NCBI GenBank assembly: GCA_009779855.1
Contig: WRBC01000001.1
Span: 85,348-149,347, forward strand
DNA from: Coriobacteriia bacterium
GTDB taxonomy: Bacteria; Actinomycetota; Coriobacteriia; WRKU01; WQUG01
DNA: 64,000 bases
Reading direction: 5' to 3'
In this document: piece by piece, positions 10,169 through 21,371 of the stretch
Layout: every line of letters starts with the position of its first letter
Numbering within the stretch: the stretch's first letter is position 1
Program-made: the position numbers and the translations under genes
The notes under the pieces: generated by a model
The model's input: the letters and a program-made list of their open reading frames with translations, nothing else
Database searches by the model: none
What the model was told of the DNA's origin: nothing

Positions 10169-11440
10169 ATGTCGATACAGAAGACAATTCTGCATAACGG
10201 GGTCACCGTTATTACTGAACAGATGGAAAGTGTGCGCTCTGTCGCACTGGGAATTTGGTTTAAGGTCGGTTCGCGTGATGAGCTTGCTCATGAGGCGGGA
10301 CTCTCTCATTTTATTGAACATATGATGTTTAAGGGCACCCCAACCCATGATGCTCGTGGCTTGTCGGAAGCCTTTGATCGTCTGGGGGCGCAGCAAAACG
10401 CCTTCACGTCCAAAGAATCGACGTGTTACTTTGCTTCATTTATTGATGAGTCCTTACCAGAAGCATTCGCGCTACTCTCAGACATGGTGTGCAATGCTAC
10501 GTTTGATGAGGACGCTTGTGCGCTAGAGCGTGAAGTTGTTATAGAGGAGATTGCTCGCAGTGAAGATGATCCAGAGGATCAAGTAGTTGAACTGTTTTAT
10601 CGTAACCTGTGGCCTAGTCATACCATTGGCTTACCTATTGGAGGAACGCGAGACTCGGTGGCATCCTTTGATAGAGAGGCCTCTCTTGTCTTTCGCAATA
10701 AGCATTACACGGGAGGGAACTGTGTAGTAGCAGCTGCAGGCAATCTAGAGCATGAGCAATTAGTCGAGCTTGCCATAAAGCACCTGGAGGGACTCCCTGG
10801 CTCTGCTGGCAATGATGAGCGTATTGCCCCGCAGGTCATAGAGGGAAATAGGCAAACAGTCCACTATAAAGATACAGAGCAAGCTCACTTGATGATGGGT
10901 ACTACCACGTTTTCTAGCAATGATGACCGTCGCTTTACGCTATCGCTACTAAACACCGCCTTTGGGGGCACAATGTCCTCACGTCTTTTTCAAGAGATTC
11001 GCGAGAAGCAGGGCCTTGTGTACGCTGTGTACTCACGCCCGCATCTTTATCAGGGTCGTAGTGCTTACACTATCTATGCTGGAACCCGCCCCGATAATGC
11101 TAACAAGGTCATAAAACTTATTGAATCTGAGTTAAGCAAGATTGCACAGTCAAGTATTACGACTGGAGAGCTTGACCTTGCTCGTCAGGCAACAAAGGGT
11201 GGACTAGCCCTTTCACTAGAGTCGACATCGAAGCGGATGCTCCGCCTGGGTGATTCCGTGCTTAATGATCTAGAACCTTTGACTTTTGATGTGGCGCTTC
11301 AGCGCTTGGATGAAGTAACTGTTAAGGATGTAGCGACACTGTCAGCAGAGCTTGCAGGCAGTCCTCTGCTAACAGCTGTAGTCGGCCCCTTCAAAGACAG
11401 CGATAAAAGTGATGAAAGCGAAGAATTGGAGCTCGTATGA
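10169..11440 (+). CDS. M16-family zinc metallopeptidase (pitrilysin/PepR-like)
   Basis: Inverted zinc motif HFIEHMMFKG (HxxEH), downstream E; ~420 aa; start chosen at Met 10169 behind AAGGGG. Confidence 0.85.
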   Translation: MSIQKTILHNGVTVITEQMESVRSVALGIWFKVGSRDELAHEAGLSHFIEHMMFKGTPTHDARGLSEAFDRLGAQQNAFTSKESTCYFASFIDESLPEAFALLSDMVCNATFDEDACALEREVVIEEIARSEDDPEDQVVELFYRNLWPSHTIGLPIGGTRDSVASFDREASLVFRNKHYTGGNCVVAAAGNLEHEQLVELAIKHLEGLPGSAGNDERIAPQVIEGNRQTVHYKDTEQAHLMMGTTTFSSNDDRRFTLSLLNTAFGGTMSSRLFQEIREKQGLVYAVYSRPHLYQGRSAYTIYAGTRPDNANKVIKLIESELSKIAQSSITTGELDLARQATKGGLALSLESTSKRMLRLGDSVLNDLEPLTFDVALQRLDEVTVKDVATLSAELAGSPLLTAVVGPFKDSDKSDESEELELV

Positions 11441-12327
11441 CGACTAGCGCAAACGTAGAAGTAGGTACAAATCCACATTCGGGCTCGGACTTGGGCTTAG
11501 ACAGAACCAATACGTCCACGATTCCCGTAGTTATCATAGGTGCCTTGGGTCAAATGGGGCTTGAAACTGTCAAGGCGGTACAGGAGGCTCCTACGTTAGA
11601 ACTTGCTGCACGCATTGATCCCCAGCTTGCAGACTGTTCGGATTCGGATGCTTTTGCAAGCCTGGATGATCTTATGACGGCAGGCATTGTTGATCCTAAA
11701 ATAACTCGTACTGTGGTGATCGATTTCACACGTCCTGACGTAGTAGAGGCTAACTTGAAGCAAATGCTGCCTTTAGGTTTTGATTGTGTTGTAGGAACAA
11801 CGGGTCTTTCCGATACCCAATTGTCAGCACTGGAGCAACTCATTTACGAGGACCGCTGCCTCTTTATCGCGCCGAACTTTGCTATTGGTGCGGTGCTCAT
11901 GATGGAACTTGCCCAGAAAGTGATTCCTTATATGCCTCAGGTAGAGGTAATCGAATACCACCATGATAATAAGCTTGATGCCCCCTCTGGTACAGCAAAA
12001 CGCACTGCAGAATTGCTAGCAGAAGTTCGTGCAAAGGCACTGCCAGACTTCAAGCCTACAGCACCTGGCGCAGAGACAGAGCTTCCTGGCTGTGAAGGAT
12101 CAAGAGGCGGCCTTGTAGAAGAAGTTCCTGTGCATTCGGTACGTTTGCCGGGTTATGTTGCTCATCAAGAGGTTATTTTTGGAGGGCTTGGACAAACGCT
12201 TACCATTAGGCATGACTCCATCCATCGCAATTCCTTTATGCCTGGTGTTCTTCTTTCTTGCGAGCAAGTTGTAAAGCATAGCGGGCTTATTATTGGACTC
12301 GAAAACTTCATGGATTCGGGGGAATAG
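11437..12327 (+). CDS. dapB: 4-hydroxy-tetrahydrodipicolinate reductase
   Basis: DapB signature EVIEYHHDNKLDAPSGTA; N-terminal Rossmann GALGQMG; ATGA overlap with upstream gene. Confidence 0.92.
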   Translation: MTTSANVEVGTNPHSGSDLGLDRTNTSTIPVVIIGALGQMGLETVKAVQEAPTLELAARIDPQLADCSDSDAFASLDDLMTAGIVDPKITRTVVIDFTRPDVVEANLKQMLPLGFDCVVGTTGLSDTQLSALEQLIYEDRCLFIAPNFAIGAVLMMELAQKVIPYMPQVEVIEYHHDNKLDAPSGTAKRTAELLAEVRAKALPDFKPTAPGAETELPGCEGSRGGLVEEVPVHSVRLPGYVAHQEVIFGGLGQTLTIRHDSIHRNSFMPGVLLSCEQVVKHSGLIIGLENFMDSGE

Positions 12328-13557
12328 ATGAGCAATTTCGTTGTTTGCAAGTTCGGAGGGACCTCAGTAGCAACACCCGAAGGTCGCAAGGCCTTAGCTC
12401 GTAAAGTTCAAGAGCATTTGGATGCAGGTGCCAGCCCCGTACTAGTGGTTTCTGCAATGGGTCGCATGGGAGAACCCTATGCTACCGATACCCTGATTAA
12501 TACTGTCGCAGGTTTACCGACGAACGAACGTGAATATGATCTGCTTAGTTCTGTGGGTGAGGTTATTTCAGCGGTAAAGATTGCTCATGAGTTACGCGGT
12601 ACAGGCATTGATGCCCGGGCATTCACGGGTGCGGAAGCTGGTATTGTGACTGACGACACCGCTAAAGATGCACGAATTCTGTCAGTGTGTCCTGCAGCAC
12701 TTATTGAGACTGCGAAGCAAGGTGTCGTCCCCGTGGTTTGTGGATTTCAAGGTATAAGCACTAGCGGACACCTAACAACCTTGGGGCGTGGTGGCAGTGA
12801 TACAACAGCCTGTGCTCTTGGTGTAGCGCTTGATGCCGACAGAGTCGAAATTTACTCTGATGTAGACGGGGTTATGACCGCTGACCCACGCGAGGTAGAT
12901 TCGGTACAGGTCATTGATGTGCTAGAACCTGACGAGTTGTACCAGCTTGTGCGTATGGGTTCACGCATCGTGCATACTCCTGCGGCGGAGCTTGCCCAGA
13001 AAAGCGGTGTAAATTTATTAGTTAGGAACACTTACAGTAATCATCCTGGCACGGCTGTACGTAACATGGATGTTCATAGGAGCGGCGATACGGCTACAGC
13101 GATTGTAGGAAAGTTAGGGATAACGCGCTTTATTGTTGATTTAGGTCGTGAAGAAGGCTGCTGCGCGCATATTGAAGCGCAGGCACATATCTACAAGGCA
13201 ATCGCAGATGCAGGGGTGTCACTGGATATGTTTACTCCTGCAGGGCGCAACCTATATTTCACCGTGGATTCAGGTGATGCGGACGAAACTGTCAAGGTTC
13301 TGCGCGAATTAGACGTTAAGGCTCAGTGTATGGAGGGACTTGCAAAGGTGACTGTTATAGGTGCGGCCATGCACGGTATTCCTGGGGTTATGTCTCGCAT
13401 TGCAGCTCCGTTGGCACAAGCAGGTATAGATGTCTGGCAGACGGCTGATTCCCATGCAACGATTTCAGTATTAGTGCGTGAAACTGAGGCTCAGCAGGCC
13501 CAGATAGTTCTTCATACAGCCCTTGGGCTAGATAACTTGGAGGCCAGTAATGCGTAA
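12328..13557 (+). CDS. lysC: aspartokinase
   Basis: Amino-acid kinase N-terminus VVCKFGGTSVA, two C-terminal ACT domains; adjacent to dapB. Confidence 0.9.
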   Translation: MSNFVVCKFGGTSVATPEGRKALARKVQEHLDAGASPVLVVSAMGRMGEPYATDTLINTVAGLPTNEREYDLLSSVGEVISAVKIAHELRGTGIDARAFTGAEAGIVTDDTAKDARILSVCPAALIETAKQGVVPVVCGFQGISTSGHLTTLGRGGSDTTACALGVALDADRVEIYSDVDGVMTADPREVDSVQVIDVLEPDELYQLVRMGSRIVHTPAAELAQKSGVNLLVRNTYSNHPGTAVRNMDVHRSGDTATAIVGKLGITRFIVDLGREEGCCAHIEAQAHIYKAIADAGVSLDMFTPAGRNLYFTVDSGDADETVKVLRELDVKAQCMEGLAKVTVIGAAMHGIPGVMSRIAAPLAQAGIDVWQTADSHATISVLVRETEAQQAQIVLHTALGLDNLEASNA

Positions 13558-14104
13558 GTCCGTTTACTATTTCACGATGTCACTTGACGGCTATATCGCT
13601 GATAAGAATGGCTCAATCGACTGGATGTCGGGTGCACCTAATGTTGATTATGGGTTCAAGGAATTCTACGATGAGGTTGGAACGGTCATGTTGGGTGCAC
13701 GCACCTATGAGCATATGTTAAAAATGGGAGACTTTTTTCCGTATCCTGATCGCGATGTTATTGTTTGTAGTTCTAATGATAAGTTAAAAATTGCGGCAGA
13801 GAACGTCCAGCTTTCCAGCGAAGACCCTGCAAAAACACTTGCGCGTTTGCAGTTGGGGACAGAAGATGAAGGTCATATCTGGGTTGGCGGCGGCGGCACC
13901 CTTGCAGGTACTCTTTTTGAAGCAGGTCTTATTGATGAACTGCGCGTATTTGTCCAGCCAGTTATCTTGGGAGACGGCACGAAAGCACTAGTCAGCAGTA
14001 AAGCTTTTGCACGCGCCCTAGAATTCCAGTCCAGTAAGGATTGGCCAATGGGAATTATTGAGCTACGTTACAACGTTCCAAAACGTTGGCGCAGTGACAT
14101 TTAA
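13550..14104 (+). CDS. dihydrofolate reductase-family protein (RibD C-terminal domain)
   Basis: YYFTMSLDGYIADKNGSIDWM and VGGGG motifs typical of the RibD_C/DHFR-like family; overlaps lysC stop. Confidence 0.75.
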   Translation: MRKSVYYFTMSLDGYIADKNGSIDWMSGAPNVDYGFKEFYDEVGTVMLGARTYEHMLKMGDFFPYPDRDVIVCSSNDKLKIAAENVQLSSEDPAKTLARLQLGTEDEGHIWVGGGGTLAGTLFEAGLIDELRVFVQPVILGDGTKALVSSKAFARALEFQSSKDWPMGIIELRYNVPKRWRSDI

Positions 14105-14291
14105 ATCAGCGTTATTTTGATGCAGGGGCAGATGCAGTAATCCAGGAAGTGAGAGATCTGCAGGAACTAATCTAGAAATCTTCAGAAAGAAACTATATCC
14201 AACTTACTGCACGAAGATAGTTTTCTTGATAGGCTTGTAGGGTTATGGAACTTATTACACTATGTGTTGATGTATAAGGAAGGCACCTTGC

Positions 14292-17200
14292 ATGACCTAT
14301 CGTCTAGGTATAGATATTGGCTCGACCACAATAAAAGTAGTAGTAACCGACGACAACTATAACATTTTGTACAGTGACTATCAGCGACATTTTTCTGATA
14401 TTCAAAATACTTTGCTCAGGATGATGCTTGCGGTAAAAGATCAGCTAGGAAATGTTGAAGTTCATGCCATGATTACCGGTTCTGGTGGTATGACTCTGGC
14501 CAATTGGATAGGCGTAGAGTTTATCCAAGAGGTTGTATCAGCTTCAAATAGCGTGAATGCTTTTGCGCCAGAAACTGATGTCGCAATTGAAATTGGTGGG
14601 GAAGACGCAAAGATTATTTACTTCACTGGTGGATTAGAGCAGCGCATGAATGGCATCTGTGCTGGCGGAACAGGATCTTTTATTGATCAGATGGCGGCTC
14701 TTTTGCAGACAGATGCTCCAGGACTTAATGAGCTTGCGAAAGAGCATACCGTGATTTACCCCATTGCTGCGCGCTGTGGTGTATTTGCAAAGAGCGATTT
14801 GCAGCCACTTATTAATGAAGGCACAGCAAAGACTGATCTTGCTGCTTCGATTTATCAGGCAATCGTAAGTCAGACCATTAGTGGATTGGCTTGCGGCCGT
14901 CCTATTCGTGGCAAGGTTGCTTTATTGGGCGGACCGTTGCACTACTCTTCAGAATTGCGTGCGCGCTTTAAAGATGTGTTGGAGTTGGGTGATGAAGACG
15001 TCATCCTTCCTGAAAACGCTCACCTTTTTGTGGCGTTAGGTGCAGCAATTGGTGCTGCACCGACAGTGGAGAGTAGGGGTGTTACTGGGGCAGAATCAAA
15101 GAAGCAAACCAGCCTCGATGAACTTATAGGGAACCTTGAAGCCCAGCAAGAATCAGAGGTCGAGATTGATAGGCTTGATCCACTGTTCCAGAGTGACGCA
15201 GAATATCAAAAGTTTAAGAACCGCCACTCGCAGCACAAAATAGCGAGACGCTCCCTTGCGGATTACGATGGTGAGATTTTCTTAGGGATTGATGCAGGTT
15301 CAACAACGACAAAGCTTGTGCTTATTAGCAATGAGGGTGAGCTACTTCATTCATACTATGCAGGCAATGAAGGAAATCCCCTACAAACTGTCAAGCAGGC
15401 ACTTTTAGAGATATACGATATTTTACCCAGTGGGTCATCTATCACAGGCTCTTGCGTGACGGGATACGGTGAAGGTCTAATAAAAGCAGCGCTGTGTGTT
15501 GATCATGGGGAAGTTGAAACTATGGCGCATTACAAGGCAGCAGCCTTCTTTGTGCCCGATGTAGACTTTATTCTAGATATTGGCGGCCAGGACATGAAGT
15601 GTCTGCGCCTGCGTAATGGTGCTATTGACTCAATGTTGCTTAATGAGGCTTGTAGCGCAGGCTGTGGATCCTTTATCGAGGCCTTTGCGAAGTCCCTCAA
15701 TATGGAGATCAGTGACTTTGCTACACGTGCCCTTGAATCCAAAGAGCCCGTGGATTTAGGATCGCGCTGCACCGTATTTATGAACAGCCGCGTGAAGCAG
15801 GCACAAAAAGAGGGAGCCAACGTATCTGATATCTCGGCAGGTTTAGCCTATTCAGTTATTAAAAATGCGTTGCAAAAGGTTATCAAAATTACTGATCCTT
15901 CCCAATTGGGGACTTCAATCGTGGTTCAAGGGGGCACCTTCTATAACGAAGCCGTACTGCGCGCCTTTGAGCTGGTTGGCGAGCGTGAAGCAGTTCGCCC
16001 TGACATTGCGGGTATTATGGGTGCCTTTGGTGCAGCACTTATTGCAAAAGAGAAGTATGTAGTTCAGGGCGATCCTGATGAGCAAGGATATGAACATTCT
16101 GCTCTGCTTACTAAAGAAGCTTTGTTGGCACAAAATATCGACGTTACCCATACACGCTGTAGGGCCTGTAGTAATTTTTGCCTCCTTACCATTAGTAAGT
16201 TCTCTGACACACGTCGCTTTGTATCAGGGAATCGCTGTGAGCGCGGGGTAGGCAAGAAGTCTATTACCACAAGTGTTCCCAACCTCTACCAGCAAAAGTA
16301 CGACCGACTCTTTAGCTACACCTCGCGCGAACTAGAGGATGCTCCTAGAGGTGTGGTCGGTTTGCCGCGTGTGCTGAATATGTATGAAAATTATCCCCTA
16401 TGGTTTACCTTCTTTGACCAGCTGGGCTATCGCGTACATTTATCCCCGCGATCATCTCGGGAATTGTATGAGAAAGGCATGGACTCCATACCTAGTGAGT
16501 CTCAGTGTTATCCGGCGAAGAAAGTCCACGGACATGTTGAAGCATTGGTGGAAGAGGGCATCGACTACATCTTCTATCCCTGTGTCATGTTTGAGCGCAA
16601 TGTTATCGAAGGTGCTGATAATTGCTTCAACTGCCCCATTGTCACCTCTTACCCAGAGAATGTAAAAAACAACGTTGAATCTTTGCGCGAAAATAATGTT
16701 AAATTCCACAATCCTTTCCTGACTCTAGACACCTTTGAAAAGATGTCTGACCAGCTAGTTAAGACCTTCCCTGATATTTCAGAGGCAGAGGTTCGTTCTG
16801 CTGCAAAGAAAGCCTGGAATGAACAGCAGGTCTTTCGTGCTGATGTTCGCCGTATGGGCGAAGAGGCTTTGGCCTATATCGAGGATAAAGGTATTCGCGG
16901 TGTAGTATTATCAGGACGTCCGTATCACATTGATCCAGAGTTACACCATGGTATTCCTGACCTGGTTGCCTCCTACGGGGTTGCAGTTTTAACTGAAGAC
17001 AGTGTTTCTCATCTTGAGCCTGTTGAGCGTCCCCTAACGGTTCGTGATCAGTGGTCATACCATTCTCGCCTCTATGCAGCGACAGCTTTTGTGTGTACGC
17101 GGGATGATATTGAACTGATTCAGCTTAATAGTTTTGGCTGTGGTCTTGACGCTATTGCAGCTGATGAAGTTCAAGAGAACCTTGACCGTTCGAATAAGCT

Positions 17201-18581
17201 CTTTACAATATTGAAGATTGATGAGATCAAGAACCTTGGGGCTGCCCGTATCCGCATTAGAAGTTTGCTGGCAACCCTTAAGGAGCGCGAAGCGCGTAGT
17301 ATTGGACGCATGGCCCCAGCCCCTCGTCCGGAGCGTGCAGTATTTACAAAGGAAATGAAGAAGAAGCATACCATTCTGAGTCCGCAGATGTCGCCGATTC
17401 ACTTTGACATCATCAAGGAGGCATTTACAGTTAACGGCTATAATTTGGTCGTATTGCCTGACCGTGAAAGAGAGGCCGTCGAAACAGGCCTGAAGTACGT
17501 GAACAATGATGCCTGTTTTCCTGTGTTGATTATTGTCGGTCAGATCATTAATGCCCTGCAGTCAGGTGAATATGACTTAGACAACGTATCGGTATTTATG
17601 AGCCAAACAGGTGGGGGATGTCGCGCCAGTAACTATATCTACCTTATTCGTCGCGCTTTGCGTAACGCTGGTATGGAGCACATTCCTGTTATCAGTATTA
17701 GTGCCCTAGGTTTAGAAAGGAATCCAGGGATGAAGTTTACGACATCCCTGCTTAAGAGGGCGCTGCAGGGTATGCTGTATGGTGATCTGCTTTCACGTGT
17801 ACTGCTTTTCACGCGCGCCTATGAACTGGAGCCGGGTTCTGCTCAGGCCCTTTATAAAAAGTGGAACAAGGTTTGTCAGCAAGCTACACGTAGAGGTAAG
17901 TATGGCGAATTCAAGAAAAATGTAAGAAGTATCGTGGCAGAATTCGATCGTTTACCTTTGCGCGATGAGCGCAAGCCGCGTGTTGCAATTGTGGGAGAAA
18001 TTCTTATCAAGTTGCATCCCACGGCAAATAATGAGCTTATCAAGATGCTCGAAGACGAAGGGGTAGAGGTTGTTCTTACAGACTTTGCAGATTTCTTTTT
18101 GTATAACGCACACTGCGCTCGCTACAATGAGAAACATCTGGGCGGGCCGCGTCAAACGCGTGTAATTGGTGATTTCTTTGTGGCCTACATCGAACGCTAT
18201 CGTAAGCACATCAGACATGCTTTACTTGAAAGCGAACGCTTTGATGCAACGCCCTCTATCGAGAAGCTGGCAGAGTTAGCAGAGCCCATTGTATCCATAG
18301 GGAATCAAACAGGGGAAGGCTGGCTTGTTACGGGTGAAATGGTAGAACTTGTCCACGAGGGCGTTCCCAATATTGTTTGTGTGCAGCCCTTTGCTTGTCT
18401 GCCAAGTCATGTAACAGCCAAAGGTGCAATCAAGGAAATGAAACGTCTTTATCCTCAATCAAATGTGGTAGCGATTGATTATGATGCGGGTGCTAGTGAG
18501 GTAAATCAACTTAACAGAATTAAATTAATGCTTAGCACGGCGAAGAATAACTTTTATTCGTCGTCAGAGAATAAGCAATAA
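14292..18581 (+). CDS. giant fusion of two BadF/BadG/BcrA/BcrD (HgdC-like) activase ATPase domains with DUF2229/HgdB-like dehydratase-component domains; acyl-CoA dehydratase activase-related protein
   Basis: Two ASKHA ATPase N-termini [14 protein letters not shown] and [15 protein letters not shown], each followed by a GG..F.N / CGSFIE-type region; Cys cluster CRACSNFC...CERG; ~750-aa C-terminal region resembling the D-component of 2-hydroxyacyl-CoA dehydratases; good RBS AAGGAAGG. Confidence 0.8.
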   Translation: MTYRLGIDIGSTTIKVVVTDDNYNILYSDYQRHFSDIQNTLLRMMLAVKDQLGNVEVHAMITGSGGMTLANWIGVEFIQEVVSASNSVNAFAPETDVAIEIGGEDAKIIYFTGGLEQRMNGICAGGTGSFIDQMAALLQTDAPGLNELAKEHTVIYPIAARCGVFAKSDLQPLINEGTAKTDLAASIYQAIVSQTISGLACGRPIRGKVALLGGPLHYSSELRARFKDVLELGDEDVILPENAHLFVALGAAIGAAPTVESRGVTGAESKKQTSLDELIGNLEAQQESEVEIDRLDPLFQSDAEYQKFKNRHSQHKIARRSLADYDGEIFLGIDAGSTTTKLVLISNEGELLHSYYAGNEGNPLQTVKQALLEIYDILPSGSSITGSCVTGYGEGLIKAALCVDHGEVETMAHYKAAAFFVPDVDFILDIGGQDMKCLRLRNGAIDSMLLNEACSAGCGSFIEAFAKSLNMEISDFATRALESKEPVDLGSRCTVFMNSRVKQAQKEGANVSDISAGLAYSVIKNALQKVIKITDPSQLGTSIVVQGGTFYNEAVLRAFELVGEREAVRPDIAGIMGAFGAALIAKEKYVVQGDPDEQGYEHSALLTKEALLAQNIDVTHTRCRACSNFCLLTISKFSDTRRFVSGNRCERGVGKKSITTSVPNLYQQKYDRLFSYTSRELEDAPRGVVGLPRVLNMYENYPLWFTFFDQLGYRVHLSPRSSRELYEKGMDSIPSESQCYPAKKVHGHVEALVEEGIDYIFYPCVMFERNVIEGADNCFNCPIVTSYPENVKNNVESLRENNVKFHNPFLTLDTFEKMSDQLVKTFPDISEAEVRSAAKKAWNEQQVFRADVRRMGEEALAYIEDKGIRGVVLSGRPYHIDPELHHGIPDLVASYGVAVLTEDSVSHLEPVERPLTVRDQWSYHSRLYAATAFVCTRDDIELIQLNSFGCGLDAIAADEVQENLDRSNKLFTILKIDEIKNLGAARIRIRSLLATLKEREARSIGRMAPAPRPERAVFTKEMKKKHTILSPQMSPIHFDIIKEAFTVNGYNLVVLPDREREAVETGLKYVNNDACFPVLIIVGQIINALQSGEYDLDNVSVFMSQTGGGCRASNYIYLIRRALRNAGMEHIPVISISALGLERNPGMKFTTSLLKRALQGMLYGDLLSRVLLFTRAYELEPGSAQALYKKWNKVCQQATRRGKYGEFKKNVRSIVAEFDRLPLRDERKPRVAIVGEILIKLHPTANNELIKMLEDEGVEVVLTDFADFFLYNAHCARYNEKHLGGPRQTRVIGDFFVAYIERYRKHIRHALLESERFDATPSIEKLAELAEPIVSIGNQTGEGWLVTGEMVELVHEGVPNIVCVQPFACLPSHVTAKGAIKEMKRLYPQSNVVAIDYDAGASEVNQLNRIKLMLSTAKNNFYSSSENKQ

Positions 18582-18609
18582 AAGAGCAAGCAATAAAAAG
18601 GAGAAGAAT

Positions 18610-19230
18610 GTGCTTAACCCTGTAATATTCATTTCACGGGCAATATTAGTGGCAATCGCTGCTACTTTTTTAGTAGTTGTTGTAAAGGCAGCTGCAGATT
18701 TACTAGGCATAAATCATGTCGTTAATGAAGTCGTGATTGGATTACTTTTTGCTGCAGGTATGGCATTTGCAGGCGCACGTTATGGTCATCAGCACGCAAA
18801 GAAGAGTACGACACCGCGAATTTTGGAAATTCGTCTTTTCCTGATTCAGTTTGCATTGTTTCTGTTCATGTTATCGGCGCTGCAATTTAGCGTGGGTGAG
18901 GTAATGATCCTTAATCAGCCGATGTCTATCGCTGGTGTTGTAGTTCCTGTCCTAGTGATAGCGTGGCTTGTGTATTGGTGCGGGAAGAATGTATTAAGCA
19001 TTAGCGAGAAACAGGCTAATATGGTGGGCACTAAACGTTCTGAGTTATTAACTTTATGCGCAGGCTTGCTTTTAGCGCCTTTTCTCTTACTGATTCCTGG
19101 TTTTGCTTTAGCGGAAGTTTTTGGTTTTGACCCGATGATTATCCTGTCAGTATTCCAGTTTGCACCTATCATGTCGGCTACGTTGCCCACTGCCTTTAGT
19201 ATTCGCAGAATGATTGGACGAAGCGACTAA
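18610..19230 (+). CDS. hypothetical integral membrane protein (5-6 TM)
   Basis: GTG start behind AAAGGAGAAG; hydrophobic helices throughout; no recognisable motif. Confidence 0.5.
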   Translation: MLNPVIFISRAILVAIAATFLVVVVKAAADLLGINHVVNEVVIGLLFAAGMAFAGARYGHQHAKKSTTPRILEIRLFLIQFALFLFMLSALQFSVGEVMILNQPMSIAGVVVPVLVIAWLVYWCGKNVLSISEKQANMVGTKRSELLTLCAGLLLAPFLLLIPGFALAEVFGFDPMIILSVFQFAPIMSATLPTAFSIRRMIGRSD

Positions 19231-19314
19231 ATTAGGGCTCTGATTCTGATACTATGACTGTAGCTATTCGTAGCATGCCAACAATTTAGAATAATCCAGG
19301 ATGGAAGGTAAGTA

Positions 19315-20277
19315 ATGTCGCATACGCGAGAGTTTTCCCCGTCAGTAGACTTTGATCCGCAGTTTGTCTCAAGCCAGGCAACACAAATGCGTATTGATAT
19401 TGTAAAAATGCTTAGCTATGCAGGCTCCGGACATCCTGGAGGTTCACTTTCCGCTGCAGATATCGTTGCAACACTTTACTTTGGTGGAGTTATGAACTAC
19501 GACCCGCAGGCTGAACTGCAGGGTAGCAGAGCGCCCTGGCGCGATCGCTTTATTCTGTCAAAGGGACATGCAGCACCTGTACAGTATGCGGCACTTGCCC
19601 GTGCAGGCTACTTTGACGCACAGGAATTCAAGACTTTACGTCATTTGGGAGCAATGCTGCAGGGTCATCCTGATGCCAGCAAATGCCCTGGTGTAGAAGT
19701 CTCTACAGGATCCTTAGGTCAGGGCCTCTCTATTGCAGCTGGATTGGCACAGGGGCTTATGCTAAAAGGACAGATGGATAAAGATGGCCAGGCCCCTCCG
19801 CGGGTATACGTATTGCTGGGGGACGGGGAACTGCAGGAAGGTCAAAATTGGGAAGCAGCTCTATATGCTGCCCATTACGGACTGGATAATGTTGTTGCAA
19901 TTGTTGATCGCAATATGCTGCAAATCGATGGTAACACTGAAGACGTAATGACTTTGGGTGACGTGGCTGCAAAATTTGAGGCCTTTGGTTGGGAGGCGAC
20001 CACGATTGATGGCCACGATATCCCTGCGGTCCATCAGGCATTAACGCGTGTGCGCACGACAGGTAAGCCTTATGTAATCGTTGCAGACACGGTGAAGGGG
20101 AAGGGCGTCTCTTTCATGGAGGATGTTGCGGGATGGCACGGGGTGGCACCCTGCGCAGAGCAGTGTGCAACTGCTTGTGCGGAACTAGAGCCGCAACTAA
20201 GCTGTATCGCAAGTGCAGGGATTATTGCCGCAAAGGCAGATACTGTATCTGCGAAGGGGGGTGGCGCCAATGGGTAA
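19315..20277 (+). CDS. tktA_N: transketolase, N-terminal (TPP-binding) subunit
   Basis: GSGHPGGSLSAADIV, GDGELQEGQNWEA TPP-binding motifs; 320 aa split form. Confidence 0.9.
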   Translation: MSHTREFSPSVDFDPQFVSSQATQMRIDIVKMLSYAGSGHPGGSLSAADIVATLYFGGVMNYDPQAELQGSRAPWRDRFILSKGHAAPVQYAALARAGYFDAQEFKTLRHLGAMLQGHPDASKCPGVEVSTGSLGQGLSIAAGLAQGLMLKGQMDKDGQAPPRVYVLLGDGELQEGQNWEAALYAAHYGLDNVVAIVDRNMLQIDGNTEDVMTLGDVAAKFEAFGWEATTIDGHDIPAVHQALTRVRTTGKPYVIVADTVKGKGVSFMEDVAGWHGVAPCAEQCATACAELEPQLSCIASAGIIAAKADTVSAKGGGANG

Positions 20278-21211
20278 AGCGACACGTGCCGCTTTTGGGG
20301 AAACTTTGCTCGAATTGATTAGCGAAGGTCATGATGTTGTTGCTGTGGAAGCTGACCTAGCAGGCTCTACTACGACAGGCAAGGTGGAAGAGCACTACCC
20401 AGAGCGCTTCTTTAACGCCGGAATTGCAGAAGCAAATATGGTTGGTGCGGCGGCTGGTCTTGCGCTGGCAGGACAAGTTGCTTTTACAGGCTCATTTGCT
20501 GTGTTTGGTACAGGACGTGTCTACGACCAAATTCGTAACACGGTCTGTTACAACAACTTGGACGTGAAGATTGCGCCTACACATAGTGGGGTAACTGTAG
20601 GCCCTGATGGCGGCAGTCATCAAATGCTTGAAGATATTGCGCTTATGCGCGTGCTACCTAACATGCGCGTACTGGTGCCAGCTGATTACGTGGCTGCAAA
20701 GGCGGCAGTGCGCTATGCTGCGACAACTCCAGGACCTTTCTATATAAGGCTGGGTCGTGCGAATGTGCCCAGTGTATATGGATCTGACAGTATCACGGGT
20801 ATAGACGTTCCTGATGTGACAAAGGCACACGTTATTCGCACAGGTAAGGATGTCACGATTGCTGCTTGCGGGATTGAGGTCGCACAGGCAATTGGGGCAG
20901 CTGAACTACTTGCGCTTGAGGGAATAGAGGCTGAAGTTATAGATGTCATGTGTGTGAAGCCTCTTGATATTGAAACCTTAGTGGGGAGTGTGTCCAAAAC
21001 GGGAAGACTGGTAACCGCAGAAGAGCACAGCGTGCTTGGAGGTATGGGGTCTGCAGTTTCGGAAGTGCTGTCAGAAGTACTACCTACGCCGACCCGTCGT
21101 ATAGGAGTTGTGGACCAGTTCGGGACGAGTGGTAATCCAGATGAACTGATTGAGTATTTCAGTCTAGATGCCGCATCTATAGCTGCTGCAGCAAAGGAAT
21201 TGCTTGTGTAG
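20270..21211 (+). CDS. tktA_C: transketolase, C-terminal (pyrimidine-binding and C-terminal domain) subunit
   Basis: Start ATG 20270 overlaps the N-subunit stop (ATGGGTAA); transketolase pyrimidine-binding and C-terminal domain conservation (FNAGIAEANMVGAAAGLA). Confidence 0.88.
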   Translation: MGKATRAAFGETLLELISEGHDVVAVEADLAGSTTTGKVEEHYPERFFNAGIAEANMVGAAAGLALAGQVAFTGSFAVFGTGRVYDQIRNTVCYNNLDVKIAPTHSGVTVGPDGGSHQMLEDIALMRVLPNMRVLVPADYVAAKAAVRYAATTPGPFYIRLGRANVPSVYGSDSITGIDVPDVTKAHVIRTGKDVTIAACGIEVAQAIGAAELLALEGIEAEVIDVMCVKPLDIETLVGSVSKTGRLVTAEEHSVLGGMGSAVSEVLSEVLPTPTRRIGVVDQFGTSGNPDELIEYFSLDAASIAAAAKELLV

Positions 21212-21371
21212 CATGAGTCTGCTGGCTACCTAAAACTAAGTCGCACTTTGGTAACAGCTCTATCTAGCTACAGTTAGCTTTGTTAAACTAATCCGCGTTG
21301 ATGCAGTGTATGTGTCTACATGTGTAATTTGAACTGACCAAGACAATCGTGACCGTAAAAGGGAGGATCGC

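Noticed and set aside
20133-20318. 61-aa ORF spanning the transketolase subunit junction
   Set aside because: Third frame across two overlapping, well-supported genes; spurious
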